A stretch of 60,983 bases of DNA, taken from Candidatus Omnitrophota bacterium. Lineage in GTDB: Bacteria > Omnitrophota > Gorgyraeia > Zapsychrales > Zapsychraceae. Positions 39,558-48,398 of the stretch are shown piece after piece. Each line of letters begins with the position of its first letter. Position 1 is the first letter of the stretch. The notes under the pieces are model-generated. The model did not search any database and was not told where the DNA came from. It saw nothing but the letters and a program-made list of their open reading frames with translations. Location: the NCBI GenBank assembly GCA_015233115.1, contig JADFYJ010000016.1, forward strand, positions 499-61,481. Reading direction: 5' to 3'. A program made the translations under genes and the position numbers.

Positions 39558-39818
39558 TCACTTTTTAGTAATACTTCTTTCCAATTCTTCCACATCCTTC
39601 TGAGCCGCATCATGATTGACCTTAAAAATTTCACAATACGTTTTTATGGCTAATTCTTTCCTTCCGGCGATCAAATATTGACGGACCTGGAATAAAGTTT
39701 TAATATTTTTATTATCAACCGGCGCCGGATTATTTTTCCTGCGGTGAAAAAACCAGGCTAATTGCACAAATAGATAAAAAGCTGCCACTCCGGCTAAAAA
39801 AATAATAAATCGATTCAT
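39558..39818 (-). CDS. Small membrane-anchored hypothetical protein
   Basis: AGGAG RBS, N-terminal TM, C-terminal GRK..AIK.Y.......A...VE pattern resembling the L7/L12 C-terminal domain. Confidence 0.65.
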   Translation of the reverse strand: MNRFIIFLAGVAAFYLFVQLAWFFHRRKNNPAPVDNKNIKTLFQVRQYLIAGRKELAIKTYCEIFKVNHDAAQKDVEELERSITKK

Positions 39819-39825
39819 AAATCTC

Positions 39826-40197
39826 CTATTGATTAGGGCCCAAGCATTGCACAATTTTCTGCTGCAGCGCATTCAGGTCATTAATTGGCTTCACAAAATA
39901 TCCTTTAACCCCTTCCAGACGGAACACATCTTCCATGGTTTCATTAGCCGTCAACATGATCACCGGCGTAATATCAAAGCCCTGCATGCGTTTGAGCTCA
40001 TTCATGAATTCAAATCCATTCATTTTCGGCATTAAAACATCCAGCACAATCAGATCCGGTTTGTCTTTTTCGACTGAAGCCAGCCCTTGCTCTCCGTCTG
40101 CCGCCGTAATGATTGTATACCCATGTTCAGCTAAACCAAATTTAATCAATGCCGTATTAACCCGGTCATCATCCACCAATAAAATCTTATGCGGCAT
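39826..40197 (-). CDS. Single-domain response regulator (receiver)
   Basis: ILLVDDD, PDLIVLDVLMPKMNG, MLTA, KP. Confidence 0.93.
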   Translation of the reverse strand: MPHKILLVDDDRVNTALIKFGLAEHGYTIITAADGEQGLASVEKDKPDLIVLDVLMPKMNGFEFMNELKRMQGFDITPVIMLTANETMEDVFRLEGVKGYFVKPINDLNALQQKIVQCLGPNQ

Positions 40198-40229
40198 TAT
40201 GGTCTCCTAATGTTTTGAACATTTGTATA

Positions 40230-40421
40230 GGTCACAAGAGCACACAAAAGGTTGCACATAAAGTCACAAGGTCACAAAGACAAAAAATATAAATCGATCA
40301 ATTAAAATGTTAAATAACAAAAAAATAATTCTAATAATTTAAATTCTTATCGTATTTATTATTTTTTTATCATTTTTTGAAATTTTTCTTTGTGACATTG
40401 TGACCTTGTGACTTTGTGACC
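40230..40421. repeat. Inverted pair of 8-mer arrays (GTCACAAN / NTTGTGAC)
   Basis: gtcacaag...gtcacaag gtcacaaa (40230-40286) versus tttgtgac attgtgac cttgtgac tttgtgac (40389-40420), around a roughly 100-bp AT-rich spacer. Confidence 0.85.
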
Positions 40422-40567
40422 TTTTGTATCTTACCACGAGCCTATTTTTTTCAAAACTGTTAATTAGTCTTAATATATTTATTGATAAATGGTAAAGAGG
40501 CTAAAGGTCTGTTACTTGGCGAAAATTGTGGCCGGTAAGTTATTTTGCATTCAAACTCTTTTTTAAA

Positions 40568-41725
40568 TTATGATAATTCAAACATCGCCTTCATCCCGTT
40601 CATGATCAGATGAAACGGAACGACGGAAACTTTCTTATGAAGCTCATACCGCTTCTGACCGGGGTAAATAACCGCAATACGCTCAAGTTTTAAATCTTCC
40701 AGAGCAATTCGCATGGACGGCGTCATGGTCGGTGCGTCTTGACGCTTGATCTCAACGCCATACATCCGCCCGCCTTTAAACAAAATCAGATCGATCTCCG
40801 CGCCTTGATGAGTCGCCCAAAAATACACATCATCCGGCTCAATCGCGTGGATGACCTCTTCGATCACAAACCCTTCCCAAGACGCGCCGCAACTAGGGTG
40901 ACGCGGAACATCCGCTGCGGTCTTTATCCCAAGCAATGAATTAAGAATCCCCGTGTCTCGAATATAAATTTTCGGTGCCTTGACCTGACGCTTTTTGATA
41001 TTCGCATACCACGGCTGGATCTGGCGAATCATGAACAAACCCGTCAAAATATCCAAATACTTCCGCACGGTCGGCTGGCTTAATCCAAGAGAGGTCGCAA
41101 AAGGCGCAGCATTCCATATTTGTCCGTGACTGTGCGCGAGCATGGTCCAAAACCGATGCAAAGCAACCGTCGGTACATCAATCCCCTGCTGGCGAAGATC
41201 CCGCTCAAGAAATGTCTTTATAAAACTGTTCCGCCAAGCAAAGCTATCCGCATCGCTCTTGGCAAGGAACGACAACGGAAATCCGCCCCGTGACCAAAGA
41301 GATGATGATTTCTTCTCTCCCACCTCGGACAGATTGAACCCGTCCATTTCGATCAATTCAAGACGTCCGGCAAGAGATTCGGAAGATTGTCTTAATAGGT
41401 CAGGTGAAGCGCTTCCAAGGATCAGAAACTTAGCAGGTAACGGCGTACGATCTAACAATACTCGCAGGATTGGAAATATTTCTGGACGCCGCTGAACTTC
41501 ATCAATAACAACCAGTCCCTTTAAAGGGGCAAGCGCGGTCTTAGGATCAGCCAAACCGATCAGGTTGGAATTGTCTTCAAGGTCAAAATAATTGGGAGAA
41601 TCAATATCAACAAACTCCCGCGCCAAGGTGGTCTTGCCGCACTGACGCGGCCCCAATAAGGCTACTGCTCGGCTTCGGCCTATCGCCTTCTCAATATACT
41701 CTTTGTAAGCGTATCGTTTTATCAT
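40568..41725 (-). CDS. AAA+ ATPase (AAA_14 type) with DUF4143 and C-terminal PD-(D/E)xK-like domain
   Basis: GPRQCGKTT, IDEVQ, LGSAS, SESLAGR, RGGFP, KAPKIYIRDTG, GASWE, EIDLI...VEIK. Confidence 0.9.
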   Translation of the reverse strand: MIKRYAYKEYIEKAIGRSRAVALLGPRQCGKTTLAREFVDIDSPNYFDLEDNSNLIGLADPKTALAPLKGLVVIDEVQRRPEIFPILRVLLDRTPLPAKFLILGSASPDLLRQSSESLAGRLELIEMDGFNLSEVGEKKSSSLWSRGGFPLSFLAKSDADSFAWRNSFIKTFLERDLRQQGIDVPTVALHRFWTMLAHSHGQIWNAAPFATSLGLSQPTVRKYLDILTGLFMIRQIQPWYANIKKRQVKAPKIYIRDTGILNSLLGIKTAADVPRHPSCGASWEGFVIEEVIHAIEPDDVYFWATHQGAEIDLILFKGGRMYGVEIKRQDAPTMTPSMRIALEDLKLERIAVIYPGQKRYELHKKVSVVPFHLIMNGMKAMFELS

Positions 41726-41731
41726 GTCTCA

Positions 41732-41773
41732 AGCATACCATGAAATAAGAAAAAGTCAATTTCTTATTTCATG
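41732..41773 (-). promoter_or_regulatory. Promoter with a 14-bp perfect inverted-repeat operator; probable leaderless transcript
   Basis: catgaaataagaaa-N7-tttcttatttcatg (41739-41773). TTGACT in the spacer, 16 nt, then extended -10 TGgTATGCT ending 6 nt before the ATG. Confidence 0.7.
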
Positions 41774-41787
41774 CAATAAAAATCCGT

Positions 41788-41828
41788 GAAAAAGCCCCTC
41801 TCCGACGATATCTCGAAGCAGGGCTTTC
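41788..41828 (-). terminator. Possible intrinsic terminator after ftsA
   Basis: Minus strand aaagccct-g-cttcga-loop-tcggag-a-ggggcttt followed by tt. Confidence 0.45.
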
Positions 41829-41853
41829 GCCAACACAGTATACGCACCGCGAT

Positions 41854-41889
41854 CTTTATCACCTTTACTCCGTTTATCACCTTTACCAC
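41854..41889. repeat. Solo 9-mer array (CTTTAYCAC x4)
   Basis: ctttatcac ctttactcc gtttatcac ctttaccac; 4 nt after the ftsA stop codon. Confidence 0.8.
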
Positions 41890-41893
41890 TTTA

Positions 41894-43138
41894 TTAGAAA
41901 TATTCCTGATACAAATCCAGCAGTTTCGAAGCGAAATTTTTGACGCCGCGGTTATCTTTACCTAAGCCGTCCCACAGGTGGGGTTTGGTTCGGAAACCCT
42001 GCATGGAAAGGCCGACTGCGGAAATGAGTTCTGAGACGTAAGCGGCTTGAGGGTGATGGATATGGCGCAAACGGCCGGCATTCGCGGGCGTAGCTATAGC
42101 GAGGCCGATCCGTTCAATGAGACCGGGCAAAAGTGAACCTCCGCCGATTACGACCATACCGTCAGACATATCATCGTATAAATGTTCTTTAAAAATAAAT
42201 TCTTTAAGCGCTGTATTATACGCTTCCACCTTTGGATCCAAAGCATCGAATATCGCGCTGCGTTTAATAGGCTTATAAGCATTGCTTTGTTTAATTAAAA
42301 TTTCTTCCTGCCCATCCTGCTCCCCTGCCACGACATAACCATGCGAACGTTTAATGCTTTCCGCCAAATCAAAAGATACGCCCAAGCCATCCGCGATGGC
42401 CTGGCTGAAATCATCGCCGCCCATGGCCATCTTGTCAAAAAATTTCAAAATGCCGTTTTTAAAAACTAATAAATTGGTGGATTGCGCGCCGATATCGAGC
42501 ACTGCACAGCCACGCATACTGTCCTGATCGCGCAAAACCACAGAGGCTGAAGCATAAGTATTAAACATCACATGGGCGATCTCATATCCGGCCTGGCTGA
42601 CTGCTTTAAATATATTTTTTAAACGGTTCGCGTTGACTAGAATCATGAGAGTATTAATCTCACATTTCCGGGCATACAAACCAATCGGGTTCAAAGCCTG
42701 ATTACTATCATCCACAACATAATGCTGCGGAATATCATGAATCAATTCTTCGTCGATCTTCGCGCTTAACATTTTCGCTAAATCGCGGAGTTTATAAAGA
42801 TCGCGCTGGGTGATCACTTTATGGCCTCTTTCCACTAAAGGTATTGTGGTGGAAGTCCGGCGGCTCACGACCAAATCGCTTCCTAATCCTAAATTTAATT
42901 CCTTAACCTTCACCTGTGCTTTTTGCGAAGCAGACTGAACAGCAGAGCGGATGCTTTCCGATAGTTCGGCTATATCCGTCACAGAGGCTTTCTTAAAGCC
43001 ATGCACTTTGCTGATCGAATCGCCGATCAATTCATACTCTCCGTCAACCGAAGAAGATTTTAAAATCGCGACCTTGATCCGGTTTGCGCCCAGATCCAGA
43101 CCGCAGAATATTTTTTGTTTTAAAAATTTTTTGACCAT
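41894..43138 (-). CDS. ftsA: Cell division protein FtsA
   Basis: GLDLGA..IK, HDIPQHYVVD, NPIGL, VLDIGAQST, GGDDFS..IA, GGGSLLPG; follows ftsQ. Confidence 0.92.
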   Translation of the reverse strand: MVKKFLKQKIFCGLDLGANRIKVAILKSSSVDGEYELIGDSISKVHGFKKASVTDIAELSESIRSAVQSASQKAQVKVKELNLGLGSDLVVSRRTSTTIPLVERGHKVITQRDLYKLRDLAKMLSAKIDEELIHDIPQHYVVDDSNQALNPIGLYARKCEINTLMILVNANRLKNIFKAVSQAGYEIAHVMFNTYASASVVLRDQDSMRGCAVLDIGAQSTNLLVFKNGILKFFDKMAMGGDDFSQAIADGLGVSFDLAESIKRSHGYVVAGEQDGQEEILIKQSNAYKPIKRSAIFDALDPKVEAYNTALKEFIFKEHLYDDMSDGMVVIGGGSLLPGLIERIGLAIATPANAGRLRHIHHPQAAYVSELISAVGLSMQGFRTKPHLWDGLGKDNRGVKNFASKLLDLYQEYF

Positions 43139-43140
43139 TA

Positions 43141-43947
43141 TTATCCTGCCTTGTTAACCATTTTTTTCGCGCCTTTGGGCTCAGGTTTACTTTTTAGAAC
43201 CGGTTCCTTAAAACGCAAATCAATATACTCTATCTGTTCCGGCTTTAAATCTTTTTGCTGAAGCATGATAGCCAGATCGCCGATCTTTTCCGGAATTTGA
43301 TCCCTGGATAAATAAATTAATAAATTATTACTTAACACCATCTCAACTTTAGATGTGTTGGTAACATCCATCGCTTTAATCGTCAAACTGGCCAAGCGCG
43401 GCTCCATGGCAAACTCCCGGAACAAAGCCACAGCCACAAAAGCGTTATCTGAATGCAGCCGGTATCCCAAAGTGATCGTCGGGCCAGAGACCTTCAATCC
43501 TTTAATCAAAGGCAATTTATCATTGCGCAATTGATCATAAAACAAAATATATCCATTACGATCCAAAGTGATCAACTTGCGGTTATATTCAAACTGCAAA
43601 TACGGATCACGTTTTTGTGCCGCGATCATAATTTCATCCGGAAAACGCCGCTCTACACGCAAGTTGGCCAATTGCGGATAACGCAATTCCAAACCCTGCT
43701 TTAAGCGCGGCATATCCACATCAAAAATACTTTTCCCGACCATGTAGGAAAAATCAGTTCTCTGGATAAAATCCAAAGACTGCTCTACTACCACCCGGCG
43801 GACTTTAAAATAAGGAGCGTGAACAACAAAATCTAACACAGATTTTGAAACCCAAAACCCCAAGCCGAACAAGACGATAAGTATGACGATATCCCGAATG
43901 AGAGCAACCGGAATTTTTTGTTTAGTTTTCTTTGCCGCTTTTCCCAT
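43141..43947 (-). CDS. ftsQ: Cell division protein FtsQ/DivIB
   Basis: Single TM, POTRA region (YFKVRRVVV, VERRFPD), C-terminal YIDLRF. Confidence 0.88.
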   Translation of the reverse strand: MGKAAKKTKQKIPVALIRDIVILIVLFGLGFWVSKSVLDFVVHAPYFKVRRVVVEQSLDFIQRTDFSYMVGKSIFDVDMPRLKQGLELRYPQLANLRVERRFPDEIMIAAQKRDPYLQFEYNRKLITLDRNGYILFYDQLRNDKLPLIKGLKVSGPTITLGYRLHSDNAFVAVALFREFAMEPRLASLTIKAMDVTNTSKVEMVLSNNLLIYLSRDQIPEKIGDLAIMLQQKDLKPEQIEYIDLRFKEPVLKSKPEPKGAKKMVNKAG

Positions 43948-44884
43948 ATGCCATCTCTGTTAATCTCAGACACAATGACTGAAAATCCATCCCTGATTGA
44001 CGAGCCGCTTTAGGCAGCAAGCTGGTCTCTGTGAAACCGGGTATGGTATTGATCTCTAATACATAAGCGTTATTATTCTGATCCAGCATCACATCGACCC
44101 GCGACACATCCGCGCAACCCAACGCCTTATGCGCTGACAAAGCCAGCTGTTGAACCTTAACCGCCACATCCTCGGGAATTGGCGCGGGAATTAAATAATC
44201 CGTCAAACCTTTTTGATATTTCGCCGTATAATCAAAAAAATCCCGTTTCGGCCTGATCTCAATGACTGGCAGACAGCTGTCTCCCAAAATTCCCACAGTT
44301 AATTCACGGCCCCGGATAAATCTTTCGATCAAAACCTGATCACCAAAAGACCATGATGATTCAATGGCACCGATCAACGCTTCTTTACTGACCGCGAAAT
44401 ACACGCCAATCGACGATCCTTCACATGCCGGCTTGACCACTAGAGGAAATAAACCGCCTAATTTTTTAATAATTTCATCTGCGGAAAAATCGTCGCCTTG
44501 ATGTAAAGAAATATAATCCGGTGACTTGATCCCGTTCTGAGTAAAAATCATGTGAGACAAGACTTTATTCAAAGATAACTGGCTCGCCTGAACGCCAGAA
44601 CCGGTATAAGAAATTGCCAATTCTTCCAAAATTTTCTGAATCTGACCATCTTCGCCGAGTCTACCGTGCAGCGCGATAAAAGCCAGATCAATTTTCTCAT
44701 CTTGGATTTGTTTAGTAATGACTCTTTCATCATTGGACACAATATCCACACCCTTAGCATCGCACCCTGCCGCCACCAAAGCCTCTAAAATAGCCTTTCC
44801 CGAACGCAAAGAAACGTCGCGCTCCGACGAATACCCCCCCATCAAAACACCTACACAACCGAATTTCTTAAATTTTTGATCCAT
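43922..44884 (-). CDS. ddl: D-alanine-D-alanine ligase
   Basis: GGYSSERDVSLRSG, ALHG..GEDG, EGSSIG, FDYTAKY, LEINTIPG.T..SL.P. Confidence 0.96.
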   Translation of the reverse strand: MDQKFKKFGCVGVLMGGYSSERDVSLRSGKAILEALVAAGCDAKGVDIVSNDERVITKQIQDEKIDLAFIALHGRLGEDGQIQKILEELAISYTGSGVQASQLSLNKVLSHMIFTQNGIKSPDYISLHQGDDFSADEIIKKLGGLFPLVVKPACEGSSIGVYFAVSKEALIGAIESSWSFGDQVLIERFIRGRELTVGILGDSCLPVIEIRPKRDFFDYTAKYQKGLTDYLIPAPIPEDVAVKVQQLALSAHKALGCADVSRVDVMLDQNNNAYVLEINTIPGFTETSLLPKAARQSGMDFQSLCLRLTEMAYGKSGKEN

Positions 44885-44892
44885 ATTTATTG

Positions 44893-45069
44893 AGTAGTAA
44901 ACGTGGTAAAGGTGATAAAGGTGCTAAACGCAAAAAAACAAAAAAATAAATTTTTTAACACCATTTGTGTTTAATGATGAGCCAAGATGCCATTGGTTTT
45001 AAACCATCGCTTTTCTCACCATTCGTTTTTTCCTTTACCACATTTACCGCCTTTACCTCCTTTACCACT
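44893..45069. repeat. Inverted pair of 9-mer arrays (GTGRTAAAS / CTTTACCAC)
   Basis: gtagtaaac gtggtaaag gtgataaag gtgctaaac (44894-44929) versus ctttaccac atttaccgc ctttacctc ctttaccac (45033-45068). Confidence 0.88.
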
Positions 45070-45075
45070 ATTAAT

Positions 45076-46437
45076 TTATATTTTTGCCAACACTTCTTTC
45101 CCTAATTTTGTGATATCTCCGGCGCCTAGGGTTAAAACCAGGTCTCCCGGACGCGCCAAACCCAAAATACATTCTAATAATTTATCACGATTGACGTAGA
45201 TTACTTCATTTTTTGTAATTTTTTTCATGGAGTCCACAAAAACCTCTGCGCGGATGCCTTCTATCGGCTGTTCACTGGCCGCGTAAACATCCGTAACCAG
45301 TAAAACATCGCATCCTTCGAAACATGTGAGGAATTCATTCCATAAATGCTTCAAACGGGTGTACCGGTGCGGTTGAAACACGGCCACCACTCTTTGGATC
45401 TTCTCCCCCTTTAGCGAACTGGCTACTTGGCAGGTGGCTTTAATTTCCGTCGGGTGATGGGCATAATCATCGTAAACCGTTATGCCGTTTTTTTCTCCGA
45501 TCAGCTGAAATCTCCGCTCAACTCCGCGGAAACTTTCCAAGGCCTTTACAATATCGTCAAATTTAATGCCAATTTCCAAACAGACAGCCATGCACGCCAG
45601 CGCGTTGATAATATTATGCCGGCCCGGAACATTTAAAATAACCTGCCCCAAAACTTCATTATCCAGCACGCAATCAAACTGGCTTTGCAGTTTATTGATC
45701 CATACATTCTCCGGATGGATTAAATTTTCTTTATTAAGCCCAAAAGTAACAAATGACCGGCCGCTTTTTTTCGCGATTGCCATTAAATTCGCGTCATCCC
45801 CGCAGAGAAAAATCATGCCCTGTTTGCTAGTCTGTTCTAAATATTGTTGATACAATTCACCGATATGATCGAGATCCCGGTAAAAATCCATATGTTCCCG
45901 GTCCATATTGGTGATCACGGAATAATCCGGATGAAAAAATAAATGAGTGCCATCGCTGTCATCCACTTCTGCGACAAAATAATTTCCTTCTCCCAATGCG
46001 ATATTAGTCGAAAGCGTACGGACAATCCCGCCGATAGCGCCTGTAGGCGATAAGTTATTCACCTGCAGAGTATGCAATATCATCGACGAAGTGGTTGTTT
46101 TGCCATGCGCGCCAGTCACCGCAATATTTTTGTAATCTTTCATCAATTGCGCCAACAACTGCGCGCGGCGCAGAACTGGAATATTTTTTTCCCTAGCAAC
46201 AACGATTTCCGGATTATCCGCTTTGATCGCTGTGGATACAGCTACGAAATCCGGATTTCCCACATGGGACGCCTGATGCCCAATGGTAATCTCTGCCCCC
46301 TGCTTGCGCAGCATCACAATCATGTCATTTTCTTTCACATCCGACCCCGTGACTTTATATCCCGCCGCCAAAAGTAATCCAGCCAACCCACCCATCCCTA
46401 TACCGCCAACACCTACCAAATGATAATGCTGTTTCAT
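45076..46437 (-). CDS. murC: UDP-N-acetylmuramate-L-alanine ligase
   Basis: GVGGIGM, GAHGKTTT, DDYAHHPTE, FQPHRYTR, GAGDI. ATG 46437 overlaps the upstream TGA (ATGA). Confidence 0.96.
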   Translation of the reverse strand: MKQHYHLVGVGGIGMGGLAGLLLAAGYKVTGSDVKENDMIVMLRKQGAEITIGHQASHVGNPDFVAVSTAIKADNPEIVVAREKNIPVLRRAQLLAQLMKDYKNIAVTGAHGKTTTSSMILHTLQVNNLSPTGAIGGIVRTLSTNIALGEGNYFVAEVDDSDGTHLFFHPDYSVITNMDREHMDFYRDLDHIGELYQQYLEQTSKQGMIFLCGDDANLMAIAKKSGRSFVTFGLNKENLIHPENVWINKLQSQFDCVLDNEVLGQVILNVPGRHNIINALACMAVCLEIGIKFDDIVKALESFRGVERRFQLIGEKNGITVYDDYAHHPTEIKATCQVASSLKGEKIQRVVAVFQPHRYTRLKHLWNEFLTCFEGCDVLLVTDVYAASEQPIEGIRAEVFVDSMKKITKNEVIYVNRDKLLECILGLARPGDLVLTLGAGDITKLGKEVLAKI

Positions 46438-47228
46438 TTTCTCTCCAAATAATCGACCCAATTGTCATTTAGTCGCTTGATACTGCGCACCTGAGGATAT
46501 ACTTTTTCCAGTACCGGTTCAAAAGAAAATCCTTCCTTAAGTTTTTTACACAGCCGAAAAAATCGGACATCTTCGTATTCATTAATTAAAAAATTAACCG
46601 CACTGGCAGATTCTTCGTAAAACAAATCCACCTCTGTTTTGGATATCTCATGGGTTAACTGCATTTGTGATAATTGTGCCAAAGTTTTAAATCGTTTATT
46701 TTTTATCGCCTCTTTCACATATTGATCTGAACCATACCGTTTAGCCTTTTCCTGATTCATCGCTACACCTTCTTCCAGCCATAAAGGAATTTCCGTCTCA
46801 AACCCGATCACTTCCCGAAAAATAATGTGCCCTAATTCATGAGGCAGGACCGAATCAAAAAAACCATTTTCAGCCGGAAAGGTGCGAATTGTTTTATCCT
46901 TTGCGTGCGCCACTCCGCTCGACCATGGAAAACCTTTTAAAGCCGCCACATAGTCATCATGGTTCGGGTAAATATAAATTTTGGCCCGATCATCCAAAGT
47001 CCAGGGCACTTCACTGCTCATCCCCAAATTTTCTTTAATCGTTCTAAAACACTCTTCTGCCGACTCTTGAACAGTTTTAACCAAATCATAAGGAACATTT
47101 TTGTAATAAACTAAAAAATGCCGCGTCCGTTCTACAGACCAGCCTTCAGGAACGTCCACCCGCGCCCATGCCTGGATAGTCATGGAAAAAAATAAAATTA
47201 ATAATAAGATTAAACTGCATTTATACAT
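46434..47228 (-). CDS. Exported zinc metallopeptidase (peptidase MA / gluzincin-like)
   Basis: Signal peptide, TRHFLVYY, HELGH and downstream PLWLEEGVA. Confidence 0.8.
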   Translation of the reverse strand: MYKCSLILLLILFFSMTIQAWARVDVPEGWSVERTRHFLVYYKNVPYDLVKTVQESAEECFRTIKENLGMSSEVPWTLDDRAKIYIYPNHDDYVAALKGFPWSSGVAHAKDKTIRTFPAENGFFDSVLPHELGHIIFREVIGFETEIPLWLEEGVAMNQEKAKRYGSDQYVKEAIKNKRFKTLAQLSQMQLTHEISKTEVDLFYEESASAVNFLINEYEDVRFFRLCKKLKEGFSFEPVLEKVYPQVRSIKRLNDNWVDYLERK

Positions 47229-47253
47229 TTAGATTAATAATTTTGATTGTTAG

Positions 47254-47721
47254 TTAAAAATTAAAATGTCCTTGCGGATGTTCTTTTTTGATTTCCTCTT
47301 TAATAATTTTAATAAATTCACAAGCTGATTCTAAAGCGCTTTTCGCGTCAGTCATAGAAACATGAAACTTCCAAGGCTCATAAATAAAATTATTACGGTT
47401 TTTACGCATATAATCAAACTTCTCAGTCAACGCTTTATATCTATTCCCTAAAAAGTAGGACGCAAAACTAACAACTGTTTTATGCTGGAAATTAGTTGTA
47501 GGCCGAAAACCTTTCACAAACACAAAGGCCCTTGCCGCATGAAGCATCGCGGTATAAGCCGTTTCGTAAGCATGCCCTTCATCAATCGAAAGCAATTTTT
47601 CTGAAACCTGAAGATTTTTTTCAGCGCTGTTCATGACTTTCTCTATCTGATCAAAGCCTATCTTCTCCGGCTTTATCAGATTCTTTTCTGTATATTCATT
47701 TAAAAATTCTTTAGAGGTCAT
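47254..47721 (-). CDS. HEPN-domain protein
   Basis: AY.AM.HAARA, H..V and R..RN...Y (RxxxxY variant). Overlaps the upstream MNT gene by 11 nt. Confidence 0.8.
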   Translation of the reverse strand: MTSKEFLNEYTEKNLIKPEKIGFDQIEKVMNSAEKNLQVSEKLLSIDEGHAYETAYTAMLHAARAFVFVKGFRPTTNFQHKTVVSFASYFLGNRYKALTEKFDYMRKNRNNFIYEPWKFHVSMTDAKSALESACEFIKIIKEEIKKEHPQGHFNF

Positions 47722-48283
47722 CTTTGCTTCCTTTAATAAATATTTTCTTGCCCTTTATGACCTCTAAAACAAAAGAATTTTTTTTCTTTTTCTCTTTTTG
47801 ATACTCGCCATTTGTATAACGGGTATAATTAATTTCTTTAAACAATTTTTTCTCAAGATTACTAATATTGATCACCAACTTATCTTCATCAATGTCATCG
47901 CCGATCAAAAATATATCTATATCGCTATCCTGCCGCTCTTCCCCCTTAGCAAAAGACCCGTATATAAAAGCAGCCTTGACTCCGTTTATCTTAATTAAAC
48001 AGTCTTGTACCAGTTTTATCACGCCTGCTGTTTTATAAACGATATTTTTTAATTCTTCATAAACCGGATTTTGCTTATTCAAATAAAAAAGCTTAATGTT
48101 GCCAACCTCCCGCACATTAAGGATCCCTAAAAAAATAAGTTTCTTAATCTCCCGATGCAGAGTCCCTACAGACATTTTGTGCATCGACGCCAGTTGTCTT
48201 GTGTAGTACTCATTTCCCGGATTGCTAAAAAAAGTATTTAATAAAACTTGCCGCGTTTTTGATCCTAATAGACCAGACAACAT
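47711..48283 (-). CDS. wHTH plus minimal nucleotidyltransferase (MNT) protein
   Basis: N-terminal HTH (SKTR..LL..FF.NP..EYY.RQLA) and IYGSFAKG.....SDIDIF (GS...DxD). Confidence 0.88.
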   Translation of the reverse strand: MLSGLLGSKTRQVLLNTFFSNPGNEYYTRQLASMHKMSVGTLHREIKKLIFLGILNVREVGNIKLFYLNKQNPVYEELKNIVYKTAGVIKLVQDCLIKINGVKAAFIYGSFAKGEERQDSDIDIFLIGDDIDEDKLVINISNLEKKLFKEINYTRYTNGEYQKEKKKKNSFVLEVIKGKKIFIKGSKDDL

Positions 48284-48285
48284 AA

Positions 48286-48332
48286 TGTTCCCCTTTTGAG
48301 AACAATTGTATCAATTTTGAGAACATAATCAA
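48286..48332 (-). promoter_or_regulatory. Promoter with tandem operator-like boxes for the MNT-HEPN pair
   Basis: TTGATT, 16-nt spacer, TACAAT (extended TGa). Two 19-bp boxes, tgttccccttttgagaaca and tgtatcaattttgagaaca, spaced 21 bp apart. Confidence 0.6.
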
Positions 48333-48350
48333 TAAATATTGATGATTTTT

Positions 48351-48398
48351 CGTCCCTGCCTACCGGCAGGCAGGCTTCATCCCTCGTCCCGCATCCCT
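48351..48398. repeat. 7-mer array (CRTCCYK) interrupted by the 20-bp palindrome cctgcctaccggcaggcagg
   Basis: cgtc[48355-48374]ctt catccct cgtcccg catccct, abutting the murG stop codon. Confidence 0.8.

Noticed and set aside
44893-45069. 9-mer GTGGTAAAG arrays as extra MraZ operators
   Set aside because: The period is 9 rather than 10, GTGG is not kept in all units, and one array lies outside the dcw cluster.
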